Source: Kiritimatiellia bacterium (GTDB lineage Bacteria > Verrucomicrobiota > Kiritimatiellia > RFP12 > UBA1067). Taken from it: a DNA stretch of 64,000 nucleotides. Positions 43,193-52,175 of this stretch are shown one piece after another. A program made the translations under genes and the position numbers. The DNA lies in the NCBI GenBank assembly GCA_045628545.1, contig JAZQPI010000018.1, forward strand, positions 3,643 to 67,642, read 5' to 3'. Each line of letters begins with the position of its first letter. Position 1 is the first letter of the stretch. The notes beneath the pieces were generated by a model, which saw nothing but the letters and a program-made list of their open reading frames with translations, did not search any database and was not told the DNA's origin.

Positions 43193-44170
43193 ATGATCGT
43201 CAGTGAGTTTACGGATTTCTGGAAGAACTTCGAGAAGTGTTTCGGGCATCGCGGATTCTTCGAGAAGTGCCGGATCTTTCTTGATTGCTGCGGTGAATAC
43301 CGCCGGAGCATGATGACCTGCGAAAGGTACGGCCTTTTGCGCTTTTACCGGTTGAGCTGCGGCGAGCGGGCAAAGTACGTCACCTTAGGGCGTTCGCTGA
43401 AGTTCTCCCGCAGTGTCAACGATCCGGTGCTGTCGACAATGGTTGGCGACAAGCTTTCGTTTCACCGCCTGTATGCGGAGTTTGCCGGGAGAAGCGTTCT
43501 CGATCTGCGGACGGCGGACCAGGAGGCCGTGGCCGCATTTGCGCAGAAGAACCCCAGGGTCTTCGTCAAGCCGCGGGACGGCTGCTGCGGGGTCGGCTGC
43601 GCCATCGAGGATTGTTCGACGGACGACGCGAGAGCCGCGCTGCTGGCGAAATACGGCGGTTCGAATTTCGTGGCGGAGGAGGTCATCGTCCAGCATGAAG
43701 GCCTGGCGGCGTTGAATCCGCTGAGCGTCAACACGATCCGAATCACCACCTTCCTCCGCCGTGACGGCAGGGTTGAATTCCCGGTCGGTTTGGCCGTTGT
43801 CAAGATAGGCGTGGATGGCTCTCCGGCCGTCAATTTGGCGCGCGGCGGACTGATTGCGCCAGTTGACCTGAAGACCGGCAGAGTCATCAGGGATGCGATT
43901 GACGCCTTTGGCGGCAGCGCGGCGCGCCATCCGGTGAGCGGCGTTCCGTTTGTCGGCCATGAGATTCCTTGCTGGGAGAAGGTGGTCGATACGGCCGCGA
44001 AACTGGCGCGAGTCGTGCCCGAGGTGCCTTGGGTCGGGTGGGACCTGACGGTTAATGCGGATGGACGGGTTGTCGCCATCGAGGGCAATACGATCCCCGA
44101 GATCATCTGCGCTCAAGTCTGGACCGGGGGGCTTCAGCCCAGGCTTGACGCCTTGCTGAAAGAGGCCTGA
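43193..44170 (+). CDS. cassette gene B' (ATP-grasp paralogue, ~88% identical to B)
   Basis: Collinear with B and carries the same RBS context. Confidence 0.7.
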   Translation: MIVSEFTDFWKNFEKCFGHRGFFEKCRIFLDCCGEYRRSMMTCERYGLLRFYRLSCGERAKYVTLGRSLKFSRSVNDPVLSTMVGDKLSFHRLYAEFAGRSVLDLRTADQEAVAAFAQKNPRVFVKPRDGCCGVGCAIEDCSTDDARAALLAKYGGSNFVAEEVIVQHEGLAALNPLSVNTIRITTFLRRDGRVEFPVGLAVVKIGVDGSPAVNLARGGLIAPVDLKTGRVIRDAIDAFGGSAARHPVSGVPFVGHEIPCWEKVVDTAAKLARVVPEVPWVGWDLTVNADGRVVAIEGNTIPEIICAQVWTGGLQPRLDALLKEA

Positions 44171-44180
44171 ACCGCTGTTT

Positions 44181-45428
44181 ATGGACATTGAGAGGATGCA
44201 CATGAAAGAAGTAAAATCGAAGAAGTCGCCGACCTTCGCCGTTCTGACGGCGGTCGGGCTGGTGTTTATCGGATGGTTCGGGCGCGAACTGATGCCGACG
44301 TTCGGCGGCGCCGCGCGGACTGGCGGCGGCGCGGCACTGCCGACGGTGGCGGTGGCGAAAGTCGGCAGACGGACGATCAACCCCGTCGAGTGGTATGTCG
44401 GGCATGTCGAGCCGATTCAGGAGATCGACGTGCTGCCGCAGATCGACGGATACCTCGAGAAGGTCAATTTCAGCGAGGGCGATCTCGTCAAGGCCGGGGA
44501 CGTCCTCTTCGAGATCGACCAGGACCGCTATGTCGCCCAGAACGAGATCGCGAAGGCCGGCCTTGCCCGTGCGGAGGCCGAGGTCGAGCAGGCCGAGGCG
44601 GCGTTCGACAAGGCGCAACGCTACTGGAAGCGGATGTGTTCGACCGACCAGCGCGGCGTCGCGCAGAACGAACGCGACGCCGCCGAGACCGGACTCGCCT
44701 CGGACAAGGCCCTGCTGGTCAGGGCGAAGGCGGCCGTCAAGGAGGCCCAGGCGCAGCTGGCGGTGAGCGAGTTCAACCTGCGGCACACCGTCGTCCGGGC
44801 GCCGTTTTCCGGACGGATCGGCAAGGCCTTCGCGCATGTCGGCGATTACGTCGCGCCGTCCAAGGGCTCCATGGCCCACCTTGTGCAGGTGAATCCGATC
44901 CGCGTCGCGTTTCCGATGACCGACCGCGGCTACCTGGAGCTGGCGCGGCAGGCGGAGAAGAGCGGCAAGACGGTCGGCGAGGCCCTGCGGCTGCGGCTCC
45001 GGCTGGCGGACGGATCCGTCTATCCCGATGTCGGACGTTGGGCTTTCGCCGACAACGAGATGAGCGCCGAAGCGGCGACGGTGTCGATCCGCGTCGAGTT
45101 CAACAATGCGAAGGAGACGCTGAAGTCCAAAGCGTATGTCGAGGTGCTGGTGGACGCGAGCGCCACGTCGACGGTTCTCGCCGTGCCGAAATCGGCGCTT
45201 GCGCACGGCCGGGTCGTCAACGGACTTTGGATCCTGAAGGAAGACGGTTCCGTCACGTTGCGCGAGGTCAAGGTCGGGCGTTCCGACGGCGCGTACGCCG
45301 AGATTCTCGGCGGCGTCGCCGAAGGCGAGACATACGTTCTGGAGGGGGTCTCGAAGGTTTCGGAGGGCCAGAAGGTCGAAGTCGTCCCCGCCGTTGACGC
45401 CGAGGCTGGCGAAGGGGAGGGTAGATGA
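44181..45428 (+). CDS. RND efflux membrane fusion protein (second system)
   Basis: Homologous to 15667-16893 (PQIDGYLEKVNFSEGDLVKAGDVLFEID; GRIGKAFAHVGDYVAPSKG). Start may be the internal MKEVK. Confidence 0.85.
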   Translation: MDIERMHMKEVKSKKSPTFAVLTAVGLVFIGWFGRELMPTFGGAARTGGGAALPTVAVAKVGRRTINPVEWYVGHVEPIQEIDVLPQIDGYLEKVNFSEGDLVKAGDVLFEIDQDRYVAQNEIAKAGLARAEAEVEQAEAAFDKAQRYWKRMCSTDQRGVAQNERDAAETGLASDKALLVRAKAAVKEAQAQLAVSEFNLRHTVVRAPFSGRIGKAFAHVGDYVAPSKGSMAHLVQVNPIRVAFPMTDRGYLELARQAEKSGKTVGEALRLRLRLADGSVYPDVGRWAFADNEMSAEAATVSIRVEFNNAKETLKSKAYVEVLVDASATSTVLAVPKSALAHGRVVNGLWILKEDGSVTLREVKVGRSDGAYAEILGGVAEGETYVLEGVSKVSEGQKVEVVPAVDAEAGEGEGR

Positions 45429-48400
45429 AACTTTCCGTTCGCGCCGCCGTCGACCAGCTGCGGCCCTTTTCGCGTTATTTCATCGAGCGTCCGCGTTTCG
45501 CCACGGTCATTCCCCTCGTCATGATCATCGCGGGCGTCGTGTCGCTGCTGCGGCTGCCGATGGCTCAGTACCCGGAGGTGACGCCGCCTGTAATCACCGT
45601 GCAATGCGCCTATCCCGGGGCCAGCACCCACGAACTGATGCAGACCGTGGCGGAGGTCATCGAGGACGAGGTGAACGGCGTCGAGCGGATGCTCTTCATG
45701 TCTTCGACGATGTCCGACGACGGCTCCTATCGGCTTGGCATCACGTTTGACGTCGGGACCGATCGCGACGTGGCGCTCATGAAGGTGCAGTCGCGCGTCC
45801 AGCAGGCGATGTCCCGGCTGCCGGTTGAAGTCCGGGACTGCGGCATCAACGTTTCGGCCGGGGTGGTCGAGATGATCGGCATCGTCAACGTCTGGTCTCG
45901 CGACGGCGGCCTCAGCCGTCTGCAGATTTCGGATTACGTGAACGAGACGCTGCGCCCGGAACTTCAGCGCGTGCCGGACGTCGGCTTGGTCGCGACGGAT
46001 GCGCTTCGGAGCACCATCCGCGTCTGGATCGACCCGCTGCGCTGCGCGGCGCAATCCATCGGCTCGGACGAGATCATCGAGGTCATTCGCCGGCAGAACG
46101 TGCAGGCTGCGCTCGGGACGGTCGGCCAGCTGCCGTCGCAGGATTCTCCCCAGCTGGTGACGCTGAGGTCCGAGGGACGCCTCTCGTCTCCCGAGGAGTT
46201 CGGCGAGATGATCGTCAAGCGCGACGGGAACGGCTCCGTTGTCCGGCTCAAGGACATCGCCAGAATCGAGGTCGGACCCCAGAGTTATCGCACGTCCGCC
46301 GCCTACAACAACCGGGACGCGGTGACGCTTTACGTTTTCCGCACCTACGACTGCAACGCGGTCACGATGATGGACGGAGTGCGGGATTGCGTCCGGAAGC
46401 TCGAGCGCACCTTCCCCGGCGATCTCGAATGGGACGTGTCCTACGACGCCACCCGGTTCATCTGCGCGAGCGTGCGCGAATCGATGGTGACGCTGGTAAT
46501 GTCGATTGTCCTCGTCGCCCTCGTCTGCTGGCTGTTCATGCGGAGCTGGCGCGCGACGCTCATTCCCGTCGCGGTGATTCCGGTTTCGGTCCTCGCGACC
46601 TTCACGGTGATGGCCGCCTGCGGCTATTCGCTCAATGCGCTGACGATGTTCGGGCTGATCCTTGCCATCGGCACTGTCGTTGACGATGCCATCGTCGTCG
46701 TCGAACGCGTCCAGTTCCTGATTGAAAAGGGGCTGAACGCGAAGGAGGCGGCGATTCACGCCATGCAGGACGTCACCGGGGCGGTCATCGCGACGACCCT
46801 CGTCCTGCTCGGAATCTTCCTGCCGACCGCCTTTCTCACGGGCATGACCAGCATGCTCTACCGCCAGTTCGCGATCACGATCTCGGCCGCCGTCACGTTC
46901 TCGACCGTCTGCGCGCTGACCCTCTCCCCCGCGCTCTGCGCGCTGCTGCTGAAACCCGAGGAGCCGGCCTGCGGGAAACGGAACGGGCTGCGGATGTTCG
47001 AGGTGCTGCTGGACCGCCTCTCGACGAAATGCGCGGTTTTTTCCGGGCGCCTGGTGGCGCGTCCGGTTTCGGCAATGGTGATGCTGACGGTGATCCTCCT
47101 GTGGTCAGTCCATCTCGGACGGACGCTGCCGGATTCCTTCGTGCCGACCGAGGACCGTTGCCTGCTGTTCGCAAACGTCCATTTCCCCGACGGTTGCACC
47201 AGGCCCCGCACCGAACGCCTTTGCCGAAAACTGGCCGATGAGTTCCGTGCCGTTGACGGGGTCGCGGGAGTCACCTCGCTGATCGGCGAAGGCGACGGCG
47301 GCGAATGCGAGAACCTCGGCTATTTCAACATTATGCTGCGCTCCTGGCAGGAGCGCGAGCAAAGCGGCCGAAGCTGGGAGGCGATCCTTGAGGACATCCG
47401 CGCGATCGGCAACCGGGTGCCGGCGGCGGATTTCCATGCCTACACGGGCGCTCCCATCCCGGGGCTCGGTTCGGGCGGAACCGTCAGCTTCGGCATCTCC
47501 TCGAATGACAGCGACTGGCATCGCCTGATGCAGGTCGCGGAACGCGTGAAACGGCGGCTCGACGATTCCCCGCTCATCAAGGCGACCTATACTGACTCCT
47601 ACGATTCCATGCCCTACTGCCAGCTGACCGTGAACCGCGCGAAGTGCGAATCGTACCAGGTGCCGGTCGGGACGCTTTTCTCGACGCTTCAGCATTACAT
47701 CGGTTCCTACTATGTGAACGACGTCAATCTCGGAAGCCAGGTCAACCGCGTCGTGATTCAGGCCGACGAACGCGGGCGCGACTCGGTCGAGGCGGCGAGA
47801 CGGGTGTTCGTGAAGTCGCAGACCGGCGCGATGGTTCCGGTCGATTCCCTGGTGTCGACCGAGATGACGGTGGACGGGCGCTGGTGTACCCGGTACAACA
47901 AGCGGCTGATAACCAATCTGATGAGCGTGCCGAAGCCGGGGGTTTCCACCGGTGACGCCATGCGGGAGATCGGCCGGATTCTGGCGGAGAGCCTCCCCGC
48001 CGACTATTTCCCAGAGTGGCAGGGCGCGACCTGGCACGAAAACCGCGAGCAGGGGAAGGTGCTGCCCATTCTGGCGCTGGCCGTGCTGTTCGGCTATCTC
48101 TTCCTCGTCGCGCAGTACGAGAGCTGGCTCATGCCCGTCCCCGTCATGCTGTCGGTCGTGGTGGCGATTCTCGGCGCGTTTATCGGACTTTGGTGCGCTG
48201 GGCTCCCCACCAGCGTCTATTCGCGGCTGGGGATGATCCTGCTCATCGGGCTTGCCGCCAAAAACGCGATTCTGATCGTCGAGTTCTCGAAGGAGGCGCA
48301 TGATCGGGACAACCTGCCGGTTCGCAGTGCGGCGGCGGTCGGGGTCATCGAGCGTTTCCGGGCGGTGCTGATGACCGCGTTCACCTTCGTCCTCGGCGTC

Positions 48401-48613
48401 CTGCCGCTGGTGTGGGCGACGGGGGCGGGGGCGAACGCCCGTCGGGCGATCGGCGTCACCGCCTTTTCGGGGATGCTCGCCTCGTCGCTGGTCGGCATCC
48501 TCTTCGTCCCGGTCCTCTTCGCCGTCTTCCAAAGGCTTGGCGACAAGATGGATCTGAAGTGGCGGCAGGCTGGAGAAAGAGATAGTGGTGCGGGCGCTTC
48601 GGACATCAAATAG
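45425..48613 (+). CDS. RND efflux transporter, AcrB family (second system, 1062 aa)
   Basis: Paralogue of 16960-20187 (RPRFATVIPLVMIIAGV...; AIVVVERVQFLIEKGLNAKEA). ATGA overlap with its membrane fusion gene. Confidence 0.9.
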   Translation: MKLSVRAAVDQLRPFSRYFIERPRFATVIPLVMIIAGVVSLLRLPMAQYPEVTPPVITVQCAYPGASTHELMQTVAEVIEDEVNGVERMLFMSSTMSDDGSYRLGITFDVGTDRDVALMKVQSRVQQAMSRLPVEVRDCGINVSAGVVEMIGIVNVWSRDGGLSRLQISDYVNETLRPELQRVPDVGLVATDALRSTIRVWIDPLRCAAQSIGSDEIIEVIRRQNVQAALGTVGQLPSQDSPQLVTLRSEGRLSSPEEFGEMIVKRDGNGSVVRLKDIARIEVGPQSYRTSAAYNNRDAVTLYVFRTYDCNAVTMMDGVRDCVRKLERTFPGDLEWDVSYDATRFICASVRESMVTLVMSIVLVALVCWLFMRSWRATLIPVAVIPVSVLATFTVMAACGYSLNALTMFGLILAIGTVVDDAIVVVERVQFLIEKGLNAKEAAIHAMQDVTGAVIATTLVLLGIFLPTAFLTGMTSMLYRQFAITISAAVTFSTVCALTLSPALCALLLKPEEPACGKRNGLRMFEVLLDRLSTKCAVFSGRLVARPVSAMVMLTVILLWSVHLGRTLPDSFVPTEDRCLLFANVHFPDGCTRPRTERLCRKLADEFRAVDGVAGVTSLIGEGDGGECENLGYFNIMLRSWQEREQSGRSWEAILEDIRAIGNRVPAADFHAYTGAPIPGLGSGGTVSFGISSNDSDWHRLMQVAERVKRRLDDSPLIKATYTDSYDSMPYCQLTVNRAKCESYQVPVGTLFSTLQHYIGSYYVNDVNLGSQVNRVVIQADERGRDSVEAARRVFVKSQTGAMVPVDSLVSTEMTVDGRWCTRYNKRLITNLMSVPKPGVSTGDAMREIGRILAESLPADYFPEWQGATWHENREQGKVLPILALAVLFGYLFLVAQYESWLMPVPVMLSVVVAILGAFIGLWCAGLPTSVYSRLGMILLIGLAAKNAILIVEFSKEAHDRDNLPVRSAAAVGVIERFRAVLMTAFTFVLGVLPLVWATGAGANARRAIGVTAFSGMLASSLVGILFVPVLFAVFQRLGDKMDLKWRQAGERDSGAGASDIK

Positions 48614-48624
48614 GAAGGAGAAAC

Positions 48625-49515
48625 ATGCTGATTGCGGTGGTGTGTATTTGCGGAGCGGTAGTGGCCGTAGCGGTCGGATGGGTGATGTGGGTGTGCCTTC
48701 GCCCGATGACCTTCTGCCTGACGTTTGACGACGGCTTCAAGGCCCATGCCGAGATTGCAGGGCCGATGTTGAGGCAGAGGGGATGGGTCGGCGCGTTCAA
48801 TGTCCCTACGAGCGTCATTGGCGGCGGTAGGCTGACAAGTGAACAGGTGGCGGACCTTTGCCTCGTGGGGAATGAGGATCGGCGAATGACCTGGGATGAT
48901 GTCCGGAACCTGCTCAAGGCGGGGCATGAGGTTTATCCGCATACATGTGACCATGCGGATCTTCCGACGCTTGAACGGGCGAAGCAGACTCGAGAATTGG
49001 ATCGACAGGTTGCTGAGGCGAAACAGACGTTCATTGAGCAAACCGGTGTCGTTCCGCGCTATTTCTGCTTGCCGCATGATTCGTGTACGCCGACGGTTGA
49101 GGCGTTGATTCGCCGCTATGGAATGGAGCCGTTCTCGCATTCCCGCCAGAACTTTGGCCGTGTCTGGGGTGATGGACATTCGCTGCGCGACGTTACCAGT
49201 TTCCTGTTGAGCCGCTTTGGGTGCGGAGAACGGCATGTCGACTTAATGATCCATGGAATCGACCGTGCTCAAGGCGGATGGATGCCATTTGAAGATGTCG
49301 CGGATTTCATTCGCTTTCTAGATGAAATTGCCGCGGTGGAGAAGACTGGCAAGATACGCGCCGTTTCCTATTCGAGTGCGCATTCGCCGCATGAGCAGAC
49401 CAGTTCTTTCATCCGACGCTATCAGCTGCTTGCGGATAAGACTCGCCGGGCGTATTTCAAGCTGCTGAAGCGGCGGAAGGTTGAAAGGACCCGTTTGGAT
49501 GATGGCCGGGCTTAA
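48625..49515 (+). CDS. polysaccharide deacetylase (NodB homology domain) with an N-terminal TM
   Basis: TFDDG motif 1 (LTFDDGF) and His-containing motif 2 (HTCDH). Confidence 0.8.
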   Translation: MLIAVVCICGAVVAVAVGWVMWVCLRPMTFCLTFDDGFKAHAEIAGPMLRQRGWVGAFNVPTSVIGGGRLTSEQVADLCLVGNEDRRMTWDDVRNLLKAGHEVYPHTCDHADLPTLERAKQTRELDRQVAEAKQTFIEQTGVVPRYFCLPHDSCTPTVEALIRRYGMEPFSHSRQNFGRVWGDGHSLRDVTSFLLSRFGCGERHVDLMIHGIDRAQGGWMPFEDVADFIRFLDEIAAVEKTGKIRAVSYSSAHSPHEQTSSFIRRYQLLADKTRRAYFKLLKRRKVERTRLDDGRA

Positions 49516-50638
49516 TTCGCCTGGATCGGCGCGAAAGCCGAGCGCCAAAGGCCGTTTTCGCCGCTTTCAGGGCTATGACTATTCGCGCGGGGCGGCGATG
49601 TTCATCACCATTGTCGTCGAGCCTCGGCGGCCCCTGTTTGGCGCGATTCGGGGGGCCAAGCTCGTGAAGACTCCGCTTGGAGAAGCCGTGGCGCGTCGGC
49701 TGGCGGAGATCGGCGAGCAACCCGGCATTCGGCTTTTCAATTCGGTGGTGATGACCGACCATGTTCATTTTCAGCTTCATCTTCGCGCGGGGCTCGACGA
49801 ACCGCTGACGGTGCTTGGGCGGGCAATCGGGCGCTTCAAGAGTCTTTGCGCCAAGGACTATCACGAGATCTGCGGCGAGTCGGGCTCTCTCTGGCAACAG
49901 GGCTATCACGATTGGATTTGCCAGTCGAAGGAGATGATCGACGCGGTCAACCGTTACATCGACTACAATCCGCTCAAGTTCGAGCTTCGTTGGAATCAGC
50001 CCGAGTCCCTGGCGATTCATGAGCCGCTTGCCGCCTGGCGACTCTTGCCTGATGAATTCTGGCGCGGCATCGGGGCGGTCGAGCTCCTCGACGGCGAGTT
50101 GCCATTCGTCGCTCTGCGCGTCAGTCGCACGATGACGGCGCGGCAAATCGACGAGGCCAAACGTCGAATCGCGGCGAAGGCCGGGGGGTTCGTCTTTGTC
50201 GGGGGCTGGATAAGCCCGGGTGAAAAGGCGATTCGCGATTTGCTTCTAAGCGACCCTCGGGGAAAGATCGTTGAGCTGCTGCCGTCGGCGATGCCCCACG
50301 ACTACAAGGTCGGCAGCCAGTGGCTTGAGGCGATTCGCGATCGCCGCGCGGCCATTATCGCGAAAGGCAACAGCGAGGTCGAGTTCTCGCGCGCGGCCTG
50401 CCTCGACCTTAACGCGGCGGCGGCGAAGATTTCGCAAGGGCAAGCCCGAGAGTCGCAAGGGCAAGCCCTTGCTTCAGGACAGCTGGGCGGCGAATCGGGC
50501 GGGGGGCTGGGCGGCGAGTCGGGCTGGCGGCTGGGCGGCGAAGCGGGCGGGCGGCTGGGCGGCGAATCGGGCGGGGGTTTGGCTCGGGCCGGTTGGGCGG
50601 TTTACTGGAAGGCGACTGGACCGGAGGTAATTTCCTGA
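49499..50638 (+). CDS. Y1 HUH transposase (IS200/IS605 TnpA / RAYT-like) with a C-terminal Gly-rich tandem-repeat extension
   Basis: HUH motif VMTDHVHFQLHL and catalytic Tyr context WQQGYHDWICQS. C-terminal LGGESGGGLGGESGWRLGGEAGGRLGGESGGGL. Start codon ambiguous (49481 TTG or 49499 ATG); overlaps the deacetylase 3' end. Confidence 0.6.
   Translation: MMAGLNSPGSARKPSAKGRFRRFQGYDYSRGAAMFITIVVEPRRPLFGAIRGAKLVKTPLGEAVARRLAEIGEQPGIRLFNSVVMTDHVHFQLHLRAGLDEPLTVLGRAIGRFKSLCAKDYHEICGESGSLWQQGYHDWICQSKEMIDAVNRYIDYNPLKFELRWNQPESLAIHEPLAAWRLLPDEFWRGIGAVELLDGELPFVALRVSRTMTARQIDEAKRRIAAKAGGFVFVGGWISPGEKAIRDLLLSDPRGKIVELLPSAMPHDYKVGSQWLEAIRDRRAAIIAKGNSEVEFSRAACLDLNAAAAKISQGQARESQGQALASGQLGGESGGGLGGESGWRLGGEAGGRLGGESGGGLARAGWAVYWKATGPEVIS
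50480..50590 (+). repeat. ~24-bp tandem repeats (CTGGGCGGCGAATCGGGCGGGGGG x ~4) encoding the GGES repeat tail
   Basis: Read directly from the sequence. Preceded by a duplicated GCAAGGGCAAGCCC. Confidence 0.8.
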
Positions 50639-50692
50639 CGACACCGCTTGCGGTGTCAGTAATGGAGAAAACAATAGGTACGGAGGGTCGAT

Positions 50693-51225
50693 ATGCGCAC
50701 GGAGTTCGGTAAAACGTTCGCGGCGTTTCTGGCCGCGTTTTTCGCGGCGGCAAGGTTGCCCGTCGCCTCGGCTGAGGCGTGGCTGGTGCCGCCGTACACG
50801 CTCTATCCGATGGTCGAGGACGAGGGCGTGCCGACGCCGATCTTCTTCACCAAGGTCTGCGAACCTGGAAAGACCGAAGAGAAGGACGCGTCCTATGTGA
50901 TACTTGGCATTTGGGGCCGCCAGTCGTATCAGGTCGTGCAGCAGTCCTATGCGGGCAAACTGAAGATTCCCGAAAAACTGGACGGGCTGCCGGTCCGGGG
51001 CGTGATGCCGTTCGGCTTTTCGCTCTGCCAGAGGCTGACTGACGTCGAATTCCCGGCGACACCCCGGTGATTTCGTACGAGCCGCGGCTCACGTCCGCCG
51101 AGGCGTCGAAGCGCGTTTACACGGTTTACGGGAAAGTGCGGCTGTCCGACTCCGGCTGGACGGTCGTCCCGTCCGGTCGCACCGGCGACTACAACTTCTT
51201 CAAGGTGTCCGTCCGCATGAAGTGA
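50693..51225 (+). pseudogene. secreted hypothetical protein interrupted by a 1-nt frameshift near 51062-51067
   Basis: Signal peptide plus 125 aa in one frame. Protein-like sequence continues in the -1 frame (VISYEPRLTSAEASKRVYTVYGKVRLSDSGWTVVPSGRTGDYNFFKVSVRMK) to 51225. Junction lies in CCCCGG. Confidence 0.4.
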
Positions 51226-51339
51226 GCGCGCGACGGCCATTCTAACACTTAAACTGCGGACGCAAGAAAATTGCACCCGCTGGCTTGCAATCTGTGTGCC
51301 GATTTTAGTATAATATACGATTCACAGGAAGGAAATAGG

Positions 51340-51657
51340 ATGAATAACGAACTCTTGAAGCGCGCCCATGAGAAGGTCCCGTCGGTTCCCGTTCTGGTGA
51401 ACCTCATTTCGAAGCGCGAACGCGAGCTGATCAACGGCGAGAAGCCGCTGATCAATCCGTCGACGCTGTTGACGGACGAGGACCGCGCCAACAACCGCTC
51501 GGCGCTGGACATCGACAAGTGCGACATCGCCCTGGCCGAGGTCGCGGAGGGCAAGCTCATCGCCGAAATCGACTTTGACGCGATCGCCCGCGCCGAGAGG
51601 GCCAAGACGAAGTGGACCGAGCGCCATGTCAGCATCAGCTCGCTGATGGCCGACTGA
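51340..51657 (+). CDS. rpoZ: DNA-directed RNA polymerase omega subunit (RpoZ-like)
   Basis: MNNELLKRAHEKVPSVPVLVNLISKRERELINGEKPL matches the omega signature (..nrY.LV.vaakRArql..G..pl). TATAAT at ~51311. Track ORF trimmed to this Met. Confidence 0.65.
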   Translation: MNNELLKRAHEKVPSVPVLVNLISKRERELINGEKPLINPSTLLTDEDRANNRSALDIDKCDIALAEVAEGKLIAEIDFDAIARAERAKTKWTERHVSISSLMAD

Positions 51658-51661
51658 CGGT

Positions 51662-52129
51662 TTGGCAGGAGCCGATTTGGGCGCGAAGCCGTTTAATCCC
51701 GTTTTCGCCGAAAACCGCAAGGCCCGGCATGACTATACCGTACTCGACGCCGTCGAGTGCGGTATAGTGCTAACCGGCACCGAGGTGAAGTCCGTCCGTC
51801 ACGGGGGCGTCAACCTCGGGGGCAGCTACGGCGCCGTCCTGAAGGGCGAGCTCTGGCTCGTCGGCGCGGATATCGCCGCCTATGCGTTCGGCAACCGCTT
51901 CAACCACGAGCCGAAGTCCATGCGCAAGCTGCTCGTCCACGCCAAGGAGGTGCGCGAACTCCAGCTCAAGAGCGAGGCCAAGGGGCTGACGCTCGTGCCG
52001 CTGAAGGCCTACCTCAAGAACGGACGGGTCAAGATTTCGCTCGGAATCTGCCGCGGCAAGGCCGCGCACGACAAGCGTGACGCGCTGCGCGAAAAAGCGG
52101 TGCGCAGAGACCTTGAAAGAGGCGGTTGA
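51662..52129 (+). CDS. smpB: SsrA-binding protein SmpB
   Basis: ENRKARHDYTVLDAVECGIVLTGTEVKS...LVPLKAYLKNGRVKISLGICRGK. TTG start as given by the track; exact start uncertain. Confidence 0.9.
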   Translation: MAGADLGAKPFNPVFAENRKARHDYTVLDAVECGIVLTGTEVKSVRHGGVNLGGSYGAVLKGELWLVGADIAAYAFGNRFNHEPKSMRKLLVHAKEVRELQLKSEAKGLTLVPLKAYLKNGRVKISLGICRGKAAHDKRDALREKAVRRDLERGG

Positions 52130-52175
52130 TTTTTGCTATAATATTTAGAATCTTAATAACAAGGAGACTCACATT

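Larger units (their letters stand above)
39509..44160 (+). repeat. tandem duplication of a ~2.34-kb two-gene cassette (copy 1 39509-41852; copy 2 41853-~44160)
   Basis: The 41-nt string gatgaacatgaacttcacgaccttggaggtgaaatgatcag occurs at 39509 and 41853. Gene ends are near-identical at DNA level (e.g. ctggagcaattagttcgcctggccgaaagcgaatcgggtgacagcgccgtccgtttccg). Central parts have diverged. Confidence 0.9.

Noticed and set aside
44103-48532. Minus-strand ORFs of 367, 579 and 475 aa
   Set aside because: Antisense to the second RND membrane fusion and transporter genes.
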